A stretch of DNA of 63,658 nt, filler included, from Sphacelaria rigidula (taxonomy: Eukaryota), in NCBI GenBank assembly GCA_964200075.2. It is 3 parts of 3 records of this genome, joined end to end, with 100 filler letters (N's around TTAATTAATTAA, not from the genome) between each part and the next. Parts side by side here need not be neighbours in the genome. Positions count along the whole stretch, not along the records: positions 1 to 21,175 come from CAXNAA020000457.1; positions 21,276 to 42,439 come from CAXNAA020000459.1; 1 more part is not named here. One strand, 5' to 3'. Shown piece after piece: positions 14,293 to 26,700 of the stretch. The notes under the pieces are model-generated. The model ran no database searches. It saw only the letters and a program-made list of their open reading frames with translations, and had not been told where the DNA came from. How positions within the stretch are numbered: position 1 is the first letter of the stretch; the number at the start of each line of letters is the position of its first letter. The translations under genes were made by a program, and so were the position numbers.

Positions 14293-14853
14293 CAGTAGTG
14301 GGCGGTCTAACTACTGTATTCATTTTGTGGCATTTGGTGATTTTTTCGTATTGAGCGATTTTCTCGGGCTATTTTCGCTTGTCACGGCTTATCACATCGG
14401 AGATCTGAAGATATTTGTATCTGCTCTACATCCCAAGAAGAAAAATCATATGTACTCAATATTGAGTTACTTATGGACTGATCGGTCATCGGGGGTCCTG
14501 CCACGTTTCAGCCCAGATTCTTCCTCTTCTGTATTTTCGGTCGATCGAGCCCGTCCTGATCATATTTGTAAAGAAATGTATAATTTCATTTTTTTTTTAA
14601 TACTGTCTACTCATTGCACTATAAAACGGCCGAAAAACTGTGTTTCACGGTCAATAACACCCTCCTGTTGAACGGGGTATTTACTCGTTTCGCCCGATAA
14701 CACCAACATACACTGACTTAGGCACTGTGGATCGAGGATGATTTTTTGTGTTGTACCAAAATCTACCGACGCTAGCAATTTCGACTTCTATTGAAGAGTA
14801 GTACGCGAGGAAAATCCTACAACACCAATAAATAGTTAGACCACCCACTACTG
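14293..14853. mobile_element. Tc1/mariner-type MITE
   Basis: 21-bp TIRs CAGTAGTGGGCGGTCTAACTA / TAGTTAGACCACCCACTACTG (one mismatch), TA on both flanks. Confidence 0.8.
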
Positions 14854-16844
14854 TATTTACCATGCAACCATCTCTTTTGTGTGGTGTTACTGCTGTAGTA
14901 GTGAGACGCTCCCATCCTCTAAAACTAAATTCTATATCGAGGTATTTGAGCACCCGGGCTATTGTGGTACCGTAGCGACACCAAACAAGATTTGCCTGCT
15001 GTAGACCACCTGAAAAATTAGGCCGGCTCTGCAATACATTCGTTAGATCATGCGGCTCAGACCTCGAGTGTGACATCGTTTTGGGTGCTGTACTGTCCAC
15101 TACTACGAGTAGCTAGTTCTGTAAAGAGGTGTCAATCTCAACGAGCCCGGAGCTTCGCTACCCCACCTCTGTTCCCGTGCGGCTGTTGTCGAAAAGGTAA
15201 CATCATGACCGAAATGCGCAAGAAGAGATGCAAGATGGGCAGCAGCTTACAAGAATAATGTACCATAATATCTTGATATTTGTGCATGTGACACAGAACA
15301 AAAGTTACCGGACTGTAGTTCGCCCCATCTACATCAATGATGACAAGCCGTTGCAGCTCGGTCAGAGATTGTCTCGCTATCTACGGTACGGTGGTGTACA
15401 GGATACCAGCAAGCACCGCACAGCCTCGATGTTTGCGCTCGTATCCTGCGTGTGTTGCTCCAACGGACACAGGGCACACGGGGGAGAGGAGAAACAGGCG
15501 AATGGCGGCCGCCCACGATTACCATATACACGGATACAGCGCGAGGTTATCTCAAATCCAAATGTCGCGCACAGCCTACCTACAGTGTACTGTGACTCAC
15601 CTCTTGACCTTCGTAGGAAACCATGAAGTCAGGGCTTTCGCGACCTGTACACCACAACACTATACGCGCTGATCGTACGTTCGTTCCTCGCGGTTTTTGT
15701 ATGCTCCTCGATCTCTGCCTCTGCTGCCACTACCACCACTGTTCAAGATACATACTACTGCGAGCTGAGTCCGCTTCAGATACGGGCAGGGATTGAGGGT
15801 AAATCATAGATCATGCTCCACGGAAAAGATACACGATCCACAATCTCCCATATTTCCCACACGCCCCAAAGCGTAGATCCACAGAAAGTCGTAAATCCCC
15901 CGCAAAGTCGTAGATCGCCCTTACAATCGTAGAACGGTCAGGGCTATTGCGTGTTTGCCTCTTGTATACTTCACGGGTGGCTGCAGGATGGAGAGGACAG
16001 CCCCAAGGCAATATCTCTGGTGTTTTTGAAGGAGATATCTGGCAGCATTGCAGTACTGTATCCTATAGGTAAGGAAAAGCTTGTTGGTCCAGTCTCCTCG
16101 TTTGCTTCTGCGGAATTTTTGGTGCTGCAATGCAACAGTAGGGTACATGTACCAAGAACGGTACAACGGCAGTATTTTTCGTTGCTTGTTTGCACTACCG
16201 CAAGAGGGTGCAACATGACTATTAAGCCAGCTAGTGTATGTAGAACAATCGTACTGATATAACTTATTTGGGAGGCAGTTATTCTCAAATTCGGGGTACG
16301 CAATCCTTCAATCTTTGAACGGTGTTGCGCCGGCGATAATGTCACCTTACTTACCACCCCCTGAAACAAGATACTGTACCGCGAAGCCAGCGAACTGGAC
16401 TAAAAGCTTGTAATCACCAATATACCAAACTGGATGTATAGACAATCTCCGAAGATACGTCTCCAATCCACTCCAACTCAATCCAGCGCGATACATTTGC
16501 GCATGCGGTACCTGTACAGCAGCCGTCGTTTGAGTCGAAGTTCATTACATTTACCTCAGTAAATGGTTCGATATTTGCTATAATAATTAGGTGGTTTAGC
16601 CTTGACGCACAAGTGGATAGTCTCATTGGCACCGTGTGTTTATAAATGTCATCGAATATGTGCAAGGAGTTCGAGCATAGAAGATATCGTCGGAACGATC
16701 ACTAAAATCAAGATAATACGCACGGCAGGGTCGCCTTGTATGACTCTTGCTGGCGTCCTGGTTGTTAATAAAAGCTTTGATCGGAATCTCACCTCTGACG
16801 GGGGTGGCGCCAAATAATGTGCATTTTGCTGTGTCTTCTTTTTT

Positions 16845-17264
16845 CAGGGATATACACGTTACACGTGACGTTTTACGTGACATATTCGAAAAAACATCAC
16901 TGTAGGTCATTTATCGCTACGTGAGGTTTGATTTTTGGATGAGACAAATGTAACGTCACGTGATGTAACGTGTTGACCTTGAAGCAATGTCTCTTTGGAT
17001 TTTCCAAATGAAAAAAACGCTGTTTTTCATGAATTTTTCACTTGACGTTTTACGTGATATATTCACGAAAATAAGCAGACTTTTCGTCACATTTGGAAAG
17101 TAAAACGCTATGTTAGGATTCATGCGAAGGACCACACGTTACATCACGTCACGTTACATTTGTCTCATCCAAAAAATCAAACCTTACGTAGCGTTGAATG
17201 ACCCAAAGTTACGTTTTTTCGAATATATCACGTAAAACGTCACGTGTAACGTGTTTATTCCTTG
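16845..17264. mobile_element. hAT-like MITE with long ACGT-rich inverted arms
   Basis: Arms about 16845-16973 and 17133-17264 are reverse complements. Starts CAGGG. Flanks TCTTTTTT / TTTTTTTT (7/8, low complexity). Confidence 0.75.
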
Positions 17265-17469
17265 TTTTTTTTCGTTGTGAACGGCTGCCCAACGCTCGCC
17301 GGCGCTTCGACGTTTTTGTGCTGCATTCCCCATATTGGTGGAGCGTTTGCCTTGGCTACAGCTGCCCTCACCGCAAACGTTTCGTGGTGTTCTCCTTAGC
17401 GGGTGGCGTGTCAGGCACGGCATAGCGGGAGGGAACAGCCGAGTGCCTTCTTGCGTTGTATCGATTTTT

Positions 17470-17528
17470 GTGTGTCTTTGTGTCTGTGTGTCTGTGTGTC
17501 TGTGTGTCTGTGTGTCTGTGTGTCTGTG
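17470..17528. repeat. TGTGTC-type microsatellite
   Basis: Repeated TGTGTC / TGTGTGTC units. Confidence 0.9.
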
Positions 17529-19685
17529 CTGAGTGTTTGTGTGCTGTGTGCATTCGTTTCTTTCTCGGCGTACACCCACCTGTCTCTTCATAGAGCGCAT
17601 CTTTTGTTCTGCCGTTTTATCATTTTTCACGTTTCGGGGGGCGCGCCAAATACCGCGAAGTTGACTTCGATCTTTTCTGTTTTTTTCAGGGCTGACCTCT
17701 ATTGCAACAGAGTCGACACGATATTCTTTGCCCTGCTCCAACCTTCACGTCCGCGCGATGCCCCGTGAATTTCATACGCCTGCATCGCATGGCCGAACGC
17801 ACTCAACCGCAACATTGACCCTTGATGTGATAAGCTTAACATCACACAATATATACCGCCACTTATACGCCGTCAGACGAACACAAGCACAGAAACAACT
17901 GAGAAAATTTCACGGGAAAAAAAAAAAGAATTTGACGTAGAGTAAACAGACATCCCAACTCACGAAAATCAAAAGAAAGCATATACCAAGACCGTCGTTC
18001 AAAGATGTAACAAATATCCGGGCCGAATAGTACCTGGTGTGGTGATTCAGCGCCGAATTTTGACCAAACATGGGACTGGGCGGGTCGTGCTACCTCCGAA
18101 AAATATTGCTGCTCACCCGACATGATCTTGCCGCACTGTTGTATTTTTCTGCGCCTAGATGAAGCACTTTCCCTTCATGAGCAATGTAGCTGACGCGTGC
18201 GAGGCAATCATGGTTTCCTGCCTCCTTGTCCAAACTATGGGATATCTCATCCTGTTGGAGGTGTATGGGAAAGGTTGGTCCGTCGATGAGTGAAAGGGTC
18301 GTTCTGAGCAGCTAAAAACGGGGTTATTTCCCCCGAAATGCACCATTTCCGACAACATTCCACGACTGCTTTCCGAAGGATGTGGTTGAATGTTTGGAAA
18401 CCCGCACGGTTTCTTTTGGACCGTTATGTACTTTTCCAGCTCCGATTCGGGAAATGGGCACAGATTTTGTTGAGGTCACAACATGTTTGTGGGAGTCGTG
18501 AAAATTCCATGTAGGCACTACACACTGTGCGGCATTTCCGCGCTTAGAACGAAAGCCAGACAAATTCACTCGGGAACTGATCGGAATCAGGAATAAAAGA
18601 GGAAAAATCCCCAATCAATTTGCATCGTTCAGAACGGAATCTAAGTGGGTGTACGAGAGATCGGAAAAGGGCCCTAGAATCCTGTCAGAGAGAGTGCAGC
18701 GACTCTTACCGACGTGGAACCAGCTGCAGGTCTCGTAGTCGGACGGAAACTGGCCTGAATATTCCCGAAATAGCCATCGCTTTGACTCGAATTTTAGTCA
18801 TCCGCAAAGGAGCAGTCGACATAGAAAAAGACAAAACCAAAACCAAAAGCGCATCAAAATAGCAAAAAAGGTGTAGTGGAAGACAGATAATGCACGGTAG
18901 CTCATCAGCCTAGAGCATGTTATGACCATGGTAGCACATATCACATCCTGCGGCGTTTGGTCAACGGCAAGAGCGCTGGAGATAAACGGCAAAACGTTGA
19001 GGAATGTTTGGTTCGTGCAGTTTTGCACATAAAATTCCAGCTATCGTCATCACCCAATCGGCCCTTTCCACCAGGGGCGTGTGATTGGGGAGTTCCGTGT
19101 GTAGTGGTACCGATGTAAATCTCGTCGTCTTACTGTTCTGCTATATGCATATTGCGCCGTAACACGTATTGCGCCCGTTAAATCGCAAGGTGTGGAGCGT
19201 ATTGCACGGCTAATACTGTATATATTGCCCTCGATTAGCCTCGAATGTATCGAATAAACGGTATAGGTTGGCGTGCTTCTCGAGGCAGCATGCTGTGCGA
19301 ATAGTGATTATCAAAGTTGGGCATGGTTGTATATATTGTGCTGCGAACATAAAAGATGCATTTGCAATAGCCCTTACATTGTGGTTATGTCATACGCCGA
19401 CCCGCCTCCCGTGCTAACGTGTTGTTCGACCGATATGCATCACACACATAAGGCCATTGACGCACGGGAGGGACGATGCAGATCATACCCACGACCCGCC
19501 TAGCACGTGAAGTGTTGATGTACCGATTCACGTTCAATGGTTGACATTTTTTTACCTACCATTGCTGTACCGTTGGACCACATGACGCGCCTCGCCACAT
19601 GCAACATGTCTACTGCGTAAAGGCTGCTCGCTTCGTAGGACCCCCGGCAGAGTCCTACGAGAGAGGTACACATTCGGCAAGACCA

Positions 19686-21092
19686 ATGGCGTTCCCAGGG
19701 CAGTCGAATTCATCTGAGTTGCCGTCGCCATCATTTTCGGGAGGCGATACGCTCGAAATGGCTGTTGAAGCCCAACCAGACACGAAATCGAGAGGAGGTT
19801 CGCAGCGGCGGCGTCACCCGGGGTTGGATTTCGTGCTTGCGGCAGCCGCTGCTTCTTGCGCTGTTGTTCTCTCCAACCCGGTATGTTGGCGTGGAATACA
19901 GTAGTAGATGGCGGTGTAAATTCTGTGCCATTTTGGTGTGCTATAATAGTTGTCCCAGTGTGTGTGAGGGTAGATGGCGGCATTCTGTGCCATGGTCCTG
20001 TCTTTTTCTGTGCTGTCCGATCGTAAAGAGTAGATTGCTGGGGACAACACACGATTCGTACGTTACTCACGCCTTCTGCAAAAACAAGATGCGATGCCAA
20101 TTTTTCTTCAGTTTACCGAACCGGTCGTTCTATAACCGAGGACATCGAAGAGGTCACTCCGAGCCCTTCAACACATGGCACGATGACACATACTATCACT
20201 CCACCCCAATGAGGTAACGATTTACATTCTTCACCCGCGTTTTTCATCGGTAGCTTCGTGGCCAAGAGATTGATGAGATCCACAATGCACAGCTGCACTA
20301 CGCTAGATGGGCTCTGAGCGTTATTGCTCAAACGTTTTTGCTTTTATTTGCTATGATGTGGATAATGATTTTAGATCCGCGAATTTTACGTTGACGGTTT
20401 AATATTATCCCTTTCCCTTCCTCTCGGGCTTTTATGCGTACGCCCGCGTCTATCCAGGAAGGTTTTTCTCGCACGCCAAAACGTATGCCGTTTCTTTCTG
20501 GGGCCGTGTCTGCGCGCTTTCTATTCGTCTCCTTGCTGTTGTCACAGTGCGGTTCATCTTGCATGATAGTAGAGGCGCATATCTTCTAGAAGTTACCGAG
20601 CATCCGAGGAAGAGCCTAATTCTATCGCAAACGCCACAGCTGGTGAACATTTAGCTGTTTCATGTTCACACATCCAAACTAACCACATTCATGTACAGTG
20701 CACTCCCAGACGTTTCCCCTCCACCTGCACTGTTTTGTCTCACCAGCTCTGAATCCCAACCTCTTCTCCTCGTGTCTCGCTGTGACTCTCTTGGCCCTCT
20801 AAGTCATGCCCCGAAATGTTACTCTAATCTGAAACCCAAAGCCTGGCCCTGACTTATTCTCCCAAACCGATGCTGACATTCCTCCCAATCGTACACCCTT
20901 ATCGCAAAGATGGAAGTGGTAAAGACGAGGATGCAGCTACAAGGCGAGATGGGACTCAAGCCACGGCCGCCGGTGGCAGGGCAAGCCGCCACCACGGTAT
21001 ACCGCAACTTTGCGCACGCTTTTTTCCGCATCTGTAAGGAGGAGGGATTGCGAGGGATACAAGCGGGTCTTTTGCCTGGCCTCCTCCTGCAG
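19686..21092 (+). CDS. Mitochondrial carrier, OAC1/SLC25A34-35-like; first two exons only
   Basis: Exons 19686-19880 (start codon uncertain) and 20910-21092 join to give SNP|MEVVKTRMQLQGE (carrier motif PxExxKxR), then YRNFAHAFFRICKEEGLRGIQAGLLP. Contig ends at 21175. Confidence 0.9.
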
Positions 21093-21102
21093 GTGAGATG
21101 TG

Positions 21103-21175
21103 GAGGGGGGGGTGTACTCATGATCATGCATGCCATAGTCATAAGACCATTGACCTCGCACCCCTACAAAGTCGG
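21103..21175 (+). repeat. Dispersed repeat end, also present at about 59628-59698
   Basis: GGGG..TGTACTC.TGATC.TGCATGCCATAGTCAT..GACCATTGACCTCGCA.CC.TACAAAG at both sites. Confidence 0.8.
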
Positions 21176-21275
21176 NNNNNNNNNNNNNNNNNNNNNNNNN
21201 NNNNNNNNNNNNNNNNNNNTTAATTAATTAANNNNNNNNNNNNNNNNNNNNNNNNNNNNNNNNNNNNNNNNNNNN
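21176..21275. other. Artificial contig linker
   Basis: 44 N + TTAATTAATTAA (stops in all six frames) + 44 N. Confidence 0.97.
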
Positions 21276-22076
21276 ATTACCCTAGGGTATCAAGGTACGC
21301 CACTGTACTCGAAGATTGTTTACCGCCTGCCTGCTCTTCGTCTTCATGCACGAGAACGCAGTACCACTCTCATGCAAAAAATGACCGTCTGTGTACAGAA
21401 CCGTTTCACAAATCTGTGATACTGTACCGTCTGTACCATAAAATGATCACCCCGATTTTGAGTACACGAATTTGAGTCGGGGTCCAAAAAAATCGGGATT
21501 CGTTTGCCATAAAAGTGGGTCTAAATAATGAAAAAAAAGGTGAAGATGAACAAGGAAATGGAACAAAAGGAGTAAACCGAAGAAAACAAAACAAGGCAAG
21601 AACGGAAGGAAAGAAGTGGCGAGGAACTCGCAAAAAAAAACGAAATAAACTAGAGAACGGCCGGTCCCTGCAGCATGGCTTAGGGTGAAAAGACCCTGCG
21701 CCAAGAGCACATGCACCAATATACAGAAATGAACAAAAAAGCCGTGTGAGCAGATTATGGCTCAGCTATGTCGAACCATACTATTTGGGCATGAGCTCTG
21801 AACCATGTGCCCTCCGGAAGCAAGGCACCTAAGGTGCTGTTGTGTAACAAAAAAAGTGGAGATGGTGGGCATTGTTCCTACCACCTGACGCATGTCAAGC
21901 GACCACTCTACCGTTTGAGATACATCCCCATGTGTCAATGGTGAGTCGTGAACTCTTCCTGGTACTGATATCGTACCGATACCCACGGCACTGTGCGTAG
22001 TACATAATCGTCATCGCCATCATCCGCCCCCTGAAAGCCCGTCTGTCAGAGTCGGTTCCCAAGACTTAGGCACCTG

Positions 22077-22132
22077 TTGTTGTTGTTATTGTTGTTGTTG
22101 TTATTGTTGTTGTTGTTGTTGTTGTTGTTGTT
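22077..22132. repeat. (TTG)n microsatellite
   Basis: Direct TTG run with two TTA variants. Confidence 0.92.
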
Positions 22133-22410
22133 TTCTTCACATTAAAAACCGTTCCGATATCTGCGCAGTACTCTGTACTGGGCATCTGATGCGGACGCCT
22201 TCCATGGTCACAGGCTAGCTACCCCGAGCTAGGGTAAATTAAACTCATAAAATATATAGGGGCTGGTAAACATCGTATTCTGCGGTATCGAAAACGCTTA
22301 GATGATACTCGTAGATCCCCCGATACTCCTGTTTGTAGGGTACCAGGCTTTTTCAGACAGAGTTGTAACATCGGTTTGTCGTGCGTGGCCCGTTTTTACT
22401 GTCTTTCCAG

Positions 22411-25400
22411 ACTTGACTTTCGAAGATGAGGCCAAGGCCGCGGCGGTGGATGCCTTTGATCTGGAGTGGATGAGTAAGGAAGTCGCTTGGCTCGAGCGGC
22501 AGCTGGGAGGATCAAACGGTCAGTCTCAACGCGCTGTTCAGAAGTTGGGAGATGCTTGTTTCCGCCTTCTTCATTTTTATCGGGAGTTTTCGTCTGAAAA
22601 TGATGGAAGGGTATTCCCTTGGAGTGGCAAAGCGGTGATTCCCCATCGGAAAGTACACCTGGTCGTTCATATACGAAGTTGTTGTGTAACTCGTTTTCCA
22701 TGTGCGATGTGCGGACGTGTTGCAAATCCTCTGCGGCGGTCGATTTTGACGATGTCGATGGGGTACGCGTTGTCACAAATAGCGTATTTTATTGTTGTGT
22801 AGGAGAGGCGGTGCAGCAATGACTGCACTCGAGGTTGAATGTCACCACGAGCACGGTGAGAAGATGGGAAAATCACCACGAGCAAGGCCCAATTATTTTG
22901 TAGTTCAAGGCAACGCTGTTGTTCAAGCGGCGGGGTTCGACGAGTGGCCTGCTTTGTTCCTTTCGGCGCGTGTTGACCTCAGGAGGCAGGTGTGGCGAGA
23001 TGAGATCGAAGACTACTCGCACCGCTGGTGACGAAACGAGGTGTGTTGTCCCGTACGGTGGCTAAATAAGGCTATATGGTTGTACCTGCCCAATCTTGTG
23101 ATAACGATTGATGGGGTGATATGCTTCGAGCAGCATGCCTTTTCAGGCAAATGGGGTGTCTTTCATGTCTTTGTCGTGTTTTGGTCGTCGCATTTCTTGC
23201 TCATGATATATGTGGGGTACTGAGCATGCATTGGAGATATCGAAATAGTACAAACCCTGGACAATACATGGCCAATAGATGCAATAGACCAAAATTGTGC
23301 TGGATAACGTGTAGGCCTATTGCAACAATGTTTTTTACGTTATCCAATGCATTTTTGATCTAATCCATTTATTGATCATATATTGTCATCGTCCAGGGTG
23401 TGAAATAGTACCGTTTGGTTAACGTCTGAAGCCGCAGATACCTACCTTTTTTTGCAGGCCCAGGTCTTGAATTGTTGCGTGTACTGTACTCCATTGATAT
23501 TTTGGGTGAGTTGGGTACCCAGGAGATACCTCGTGGGTAGGCGGTCGAAGATCTGCGAGGACATCCAACATGTTCGAGAATTACTGTCGCACTTGAGTTC
23601 GAGTTTTGGGTACCCGATACAAGGGTCCGAGCTGTCCGCCCTCTCTTGCCTAGCAATAGCAATAATTTGTGTGTGATACTGTTTCCCTCTTGACCTGCCC
23701 GTCTGGTCGATATGCTCGGAGTCTGGTGGATTTGCGTAGTCTCACTCTCAAGTACTCGTCGCTGTTGTGTCGTTGTCTTCATTTATCTGGTGAGCAAATT
23801 TACGCACACCGACGAGGGAGCTCACATCCATAAGTTGAGCAGCGACAGCGACAGCAGTAAGCCAAGTCCAACAACGCTCCCGACACCAAACCATTGTCGC
23901 AACAGATCTCCGAACGGATCTCCGAACGGATCTTCCGCTGCAGGGACGGCCACTGTGTCTTGCGGGGAGGGTGGCAGTGATGAAGCAGTCAACGGGGGAA
24001 GCATCCAAACTAACGCCGCGGTCGGTGAAACGGTCGAGGATCTCGCGAAGCGGTACTTGTCTGAGGTGGTGCTGAGCCACAACGACCTGCTGAGCGGAAA
24101 TATAATGCACGCCGACGGCTGGGATAGGGTGCAGGTGAGGGGGACTTTGCCCCGTTGTAGGTATCGCCAGTAGGTCGCGCGGGGGAGAGGAGTGTGGGGG
24201 GGCAAAGGTGAATGAATAGGTGAAGAAATTGAAAATCATTCTTCTGTGAAGGGGGAGTTCAAGTACCTGTTGGCGGTCTCGTGTCGCGATTCTGATGATG
24301 TTTGTTGCATAAGCTGTTGTCGAGCTGGATCGTATTTCCCTCGTTTGGTAATTGTACTACAGTACAGAGCTGGTCGCCCGGGTGGCTCAGTTGGTAACCT
24401 CGAAGCCCTCTGACGGTTGGGATGTGGGTTCGAAGATCGGTGGAATCACACGATCTGGAATTTTTTTCTCATACCATGCGCAACAGTGGAGAGCGTCTTG
24501 GTCGTGGAGTACCCAAAATTCGACTTCCCGGTCGACGAGGGAAAGGGACTGCCGAACCCTTCTCGCGATTAAGATGAGCGCAAACACCGCAGAAGGAAGG
24601 CGGAAGTCCTAAACAAGAGAGGAAAAAATTCCTGTGTTGGCCTTCCTCCTGTGTGACCCCGGCTGGTGCGCCCACGTATACCGAAAGGTGTACAGTGGAC
24701 TGGCCTGCGGAACAGATGGGATGACAACACACACAGAGGGGAAACGCAAAATCTCCGGTTAAGACCTGCTGTTGTGGAATAGCGGTAAATACCGAAGGTT
24801 TTGGGGTATGTCGCCCAGGATGATGATATGATCAACCCAGATCTTCCAAGAAACTGCGGTAGCCACCCCGAAAGTCGTGTCATTGATGAAATATTCCGTC
24901 CACATATTTCGGCAGTAGGAATATTTTGACAGTGTAGAATTGTGTTCTAAATCAAGCCACGGTTCCTCATCGCTCCGTGTGAAATACCTTCAAGCCTGCG
25001 GTACGTAACTGCCTTCTCTGTCTCTTTTTTTTTTCTTGCCTCCCTCACGTTACACTTGGCTTCGGAACAACTGCCCGTTGTATTTTTCACCCTCATCCCT
25101 GTTTCACTCTCGAGATCATTTTCCCTCTTGCCTTTTTTTGCAGCAGCAGTTGATAGATCGTCCATTCATCGACAAGGCCATTGAGAGCCAATGTTTTGTG
25201 CAACGGTAGCAGGAGTTTGAGATTTGTGTCAAGAGTCGACATCTGTGGTGGGACATGAGTACGTGAGATCAAGATGAAGAGGAACAGCTTGATCTGTCTC
25301 TACGACTACTAGCCTGGTGAACATACAACATTGCTAGCAGCTTGCCAAGCGACGGGATCTTGTAGAGTGAGACCCCTGTCAGGAAATGGATCGGTTCAGC

Positions 25401-26700
25401 TGACCATCAAAGGAAAGGAAATACGAAACCCCCGGCGCGTGTGATTGTGGGTACCCCTGGATCCCGTATACCAGTAGTATATCCTCATGTTCCTGCCCTT
25501 GCGTTGTCGAAACGGAACAGGTGATCGATTATGAGTACTCCGGCTACAACCCCCGAGGATTCGACATCGCCAACCACTTCTGCGAGGTACGTGCTCGATG
25601 ACCTAGCTCAGCGAACGTGAACTCGTGATGGTGGTAATGGCGTGATGCGGTGAAACTGTTGCCATGCCCACGTGGAGTACTGGCGCAGTTGACTACGTTG
25701 GCATGAGCTAAACCGCGGCTGGTGACACACATGGTATTCTCTGACAGGTTCACCGATTCTCTTTTTCTCGTGTGTTGTGCTTCACTCTATGGCGGGTATC
25801 ATATGCGGAGGAGATGGATAATGGCAAATATGAGCGAGGGTGGGGCGAAAAATAACTTGTCTGAAATTAACTTCCTTTTAGAATGCTGCTATTTGCACGG
25901 CACGAATCAACCCTTGGGCCTTGATTTTAGCGTTGCATCCCCAGGCACGCCGGATAGCGCAAAATGTGCACACACGTTTTTCGATCCGTGGTTAATTTCC
26001 TCCCCTCTTTCGAGTAATCAGACGTCAGGAATTGTAGAGTTGGTTATTGGAACCGGAGAATGTCCATCCGAAGCTTGAATTTGGGGACACTGACCCAGCC
26101 TTGATCCTGTGTACCGCGGCGCTCGCTCCGTCCGATGATTCCAGTAAACACCACCCCACGCAGGTCATGTCGTCACCTGTTTTCAAGTAGGGGTGTACTC
26201 TGCCACGTTTCATGCGATGCACATGTGGCATGACAGCCCCCGTCTCGCTAGTCTCAATCTACTTCAGTGATTTCTGACCATACGCCCTTTTCCTGTCTTG
26301 TCCCCCGCCCCGTACACTGTTTGATCTTGACCCCGTCTTGACAACTTCATGTTCTGCAATCCAGCACGCTGGTTTCGACTCTAATTACGCCAAATCGTAT
26401 CCTTCCATGGAGACCAAGACTGCGTTTTTGGCGGCCTACGTGCGTGCAGTGGAACAATCCTCACAGAAACAAGGAGGAGACGATTCGACCCCATACCCGC
26501 GTGCCGACGACACGTCATTTATAGCGGCTTTGGCCACTCAAGTAGACCGCTGGACGTTACCTTCGCATTTGTTTTGGGCTGCGTGGGCGGTGGTGCAAGC
26601 ACGCTATTCTCCGATCGACTTTGATTTCGTAGATTACGCGCGACTGAGACTTTCCGGATATCGGCTCCATAAAGGAGCCTTTTTTGACGCGGGTGCGTAA
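22411..26700 (+). CDS. Choline/ethanolamine kinase; 5' part missing
   Basis: Exons 22411-22518, 23944-24134 (acceptor tentative), 25521-25586, 26365-26700. Brenner motif VLSHNDLLSGNIM, kinase motif VIDYEYSGYNPRGFDIANHFCE, C-terminal SHLFWAAWAVVQARYSPIDFDFVDYA; TAA at 26698. Confidence 0.93.
23251..23402. mobile_element. 152-bp hAT MITE (CACACCCTG-end family)
   Basis: Ends CAAACCCTGGAC / GTCCAGGGTGTG with a perfect 8-bp TSD, AAATAGTA, on both sides. Confidence 0.9.
24370..24735 (+). mobile_element. tRNA-derived SINE-like element
   Basis: A-box GGTGGCTCAGTTGG, B-box-like GGTTCGAAG, CA-rich tail. Diverged second copy at 56492-57055. Confidence 0.75.

Noticed and set aside
15988-16068. Isolated exon-like segment with AG and GTAAGG ends
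   Set aside because: No partner exons or recognisable protein were found.
21220-21231. TTAATTAATTAA as a biological motif or piggyBac site
   Set aside because: It is centred in N runs and identical at 42484-42495, so it is an assembly linker.
19686-26700. Carrier-kinase fusion gene
   Set aside because: The two parts are on different contigs separated by an artificial linker.
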